A DNA stretch of 64,000 nt. Source: Mobula hypostoma. Lineage: Eukaryota. The stretch covers positions 98,272,001 to 98,336,000 of the forward strand of contig NC_086108.1 of assembly GCF_963921235.1 (NCBI RefSeq), read 5' to 3'. Position numbers and translations under genes: made by a program. This document shows, piece by piece, positions 62,337-64,000 of the stretch (within the stretch, counting starts at the first letter, position 1; each line of letters starts with the position of its first letter). A model generated the notes under the pieces. It had not been told where the DNA came from and made no database searches. It was given only the letters and a program-made list of their open reading frames with translations.

Positions 62337-63409
62337 AGTCCAGGTAGCTGTGAGAGTCCATAGGCTTATAGTAGTCATCAGTAGATAAACTGTCTCCAGA
62401 GATAGAGACAGAAAGATCAAGAAAGGGGAGGGAGGTGTTGGAAATGGAACAGGTAAACTTGAGGGCAGGGTGAAAGTTGGAGGCAAAGTTAATTAAGTCA
62501 ACGAGTTCAGCATGCGTGCAGGAAGCAGCGCCAATGCAGTCATCGATGTAGCGGAGGAAAAGTGGGGGACAGGTAGCAGTATAGGCTTGGAACATGGATT
62601 GTTCCACAAAGCCAACAAAAAGGCAGGCATAGCTAGGACCCATATGGGTGCCCATGGCTACACTTTTCGTTTGGATGAAGTGGGAAGAGTCAAAGGAGAA
62701 ATTATTAAGAGTAAGGACTAATTCCGCTAGATGGAGGAGAGTGGAGGTAGAGGGGAACTGGTTAGGTCTGGAATCCAAATAGAAGTGGAGAGTTTTGAGA
62801 CCTTCCTGGTGGGAGATGGAGGTATATAGGAACTGGACATCCATGGTGAAAATAAAGCGGTGGGGGCCAGAGAACTTAAAATCGTCGAAAACTTTCAGAG
62901 CGTGAGAAGTGTCACGAACATAGGTAGGAAGGGAGATAAAACAGTGTCGAGGTATGCAGAAATGAGGTCGGTGGGGCAGGAGCAAGCTGAGACAATAGGT
63001 CTACCTGGACAGGCAGGTTTGTGGATCTTGGGTAGGAGGTAGAAATGGGAAGTGCGGGGTGTGGGAACTATAAAGTTGGTAGCAGTGGATGGGAGATCCC
63101 CTGAGCTGATAAAGTTGGTGATGGTGTTGGAGACAAGGGCCTTGCCACCTGGTGCTCCTTAGTGGGGTCATGATTGAGGGGTAAAGAAGAGGAGTTGTCT
63201 GCAAGTTGTCGCTGTGCCTCGGCAAGGTAGAGGTCAGTACGCCAGACTTTTTAATCCTCATTCCATTTGTGTATTTTCTCACAATTTTACAACAGAAATG
63301 GACACTGAGGGTTCTATCATCCTTTTCAATATGTCCTTGTTTATCACAATGGTAGCAGTGCAATCGAGTATAATATCCTCCAAAGGGAGAATACCTGTAT
63401 GTGACTTCA

Positions 63410-63705
63410 CTTAAAGTAGGGCTGCTGATGCATGGTCCTTGACAGGTCGAGGTCAGGGTCCGGTGGCATGAGAACTCCTGACCTTTCATTGCTGCAACCT
63501 TCCTCCATCTTCACTGCCATTGTGATGTGTCATCATCACCCGCCTGTTCCACTCTTGAGGTCTTGGTTGGATTATTCTTCGTCTGGAACCTTCCACTTGA
63601 CCTTAGCATCATTAGTGACCCTACTAGGAGCTGAGCTCCAGATGGCTCGGGATCTCAGGAGCTCATAAACCTCTTCAGCACAAGCTGATGCTCCTCAGAG
63701 AAGTT
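63410..63705 (-). mobile_element. Diverged relative of family C RTE-derived element
   Basis: Shares TAGGGTCAC...AGGTCAA...CCAGACGAAGA blocks with the 22024 and 32610 copies. Confidence 0.5.
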
Positions 63706-64000
63706 CTTAGTTCAAGGGTGACAATACCATACCAAATCCTAGTCGGGAACAGGTGTCCTCTCTCCCCGTCCTTCATTTTCATGAGGTCTAGTTCCATCAC
63801 TAGTGAGAGTCTTTCCTTTCCTTCACTGGGATGGATGATGACCTCGATGCTAAGAGACCGGAGGAATCTTTATCATGGAGTCATTGAGCTGAACAGCACA
63901 GAATCAGGCCATTCGGCCCAATTCATCAGTGTCAACCAAGGTGCCCGAGCCCTGTTTGGTTGTGTTTGACCCATATCCCTCTAAACCAGAGATTCCCAAC

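Larger units (their letters stand above)
58895..63247 (-). mobile_element. Penelope-like element (RT plus GIY-YIG) interrupted by CR1
   Basis: RT: FTMDVQFLYTSI, AMGTHMGPSYA, FLRYIDDCIG (62320-62985); endonuclease remnants 59400-60220; hammerhead-bearing tail. Confidence 0.9.

Overview
This is eukaryotic, repeat-saturated DNA with no recognisable host protein-coding exon. The repeat set (CR1, Rex1/Babar, Penelope, V-SINE, RTE derivatives, Gmr1-type LTR elements) points to an intronic or intergenic region of a cartilaginous fish, probably a ray; this is an inference. Main contents: (1) a full-length but decayed Gmr1-like Ty3/Gypsy element (2638-9047) with PR-IN-RT-RH order; (2) a younger non-autonomous relative (15453-20354) that keeps an open 809-aa Gag-protease ORF but has lost the IN and RT cores, plus a solo LTR of that family inside a minisatellite; (3) many nested LINEs, SINEs and DNA-transposon derivatives. 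The most interesting signal is RNA structure. Four different short, non-coding, RTE-tailed retroelement families each begin, at or within about 2 nt of their 5' end, with a sequence that folds by hand into an HDV/CPEB3-like nested double pseudoknot. Two of the four carry an extra hairpin inside loop L3. Penelope tails separately carry minimal hammerhead motifs. All folds were derived by eye from aged copies and need consensus building and cleavage assays.
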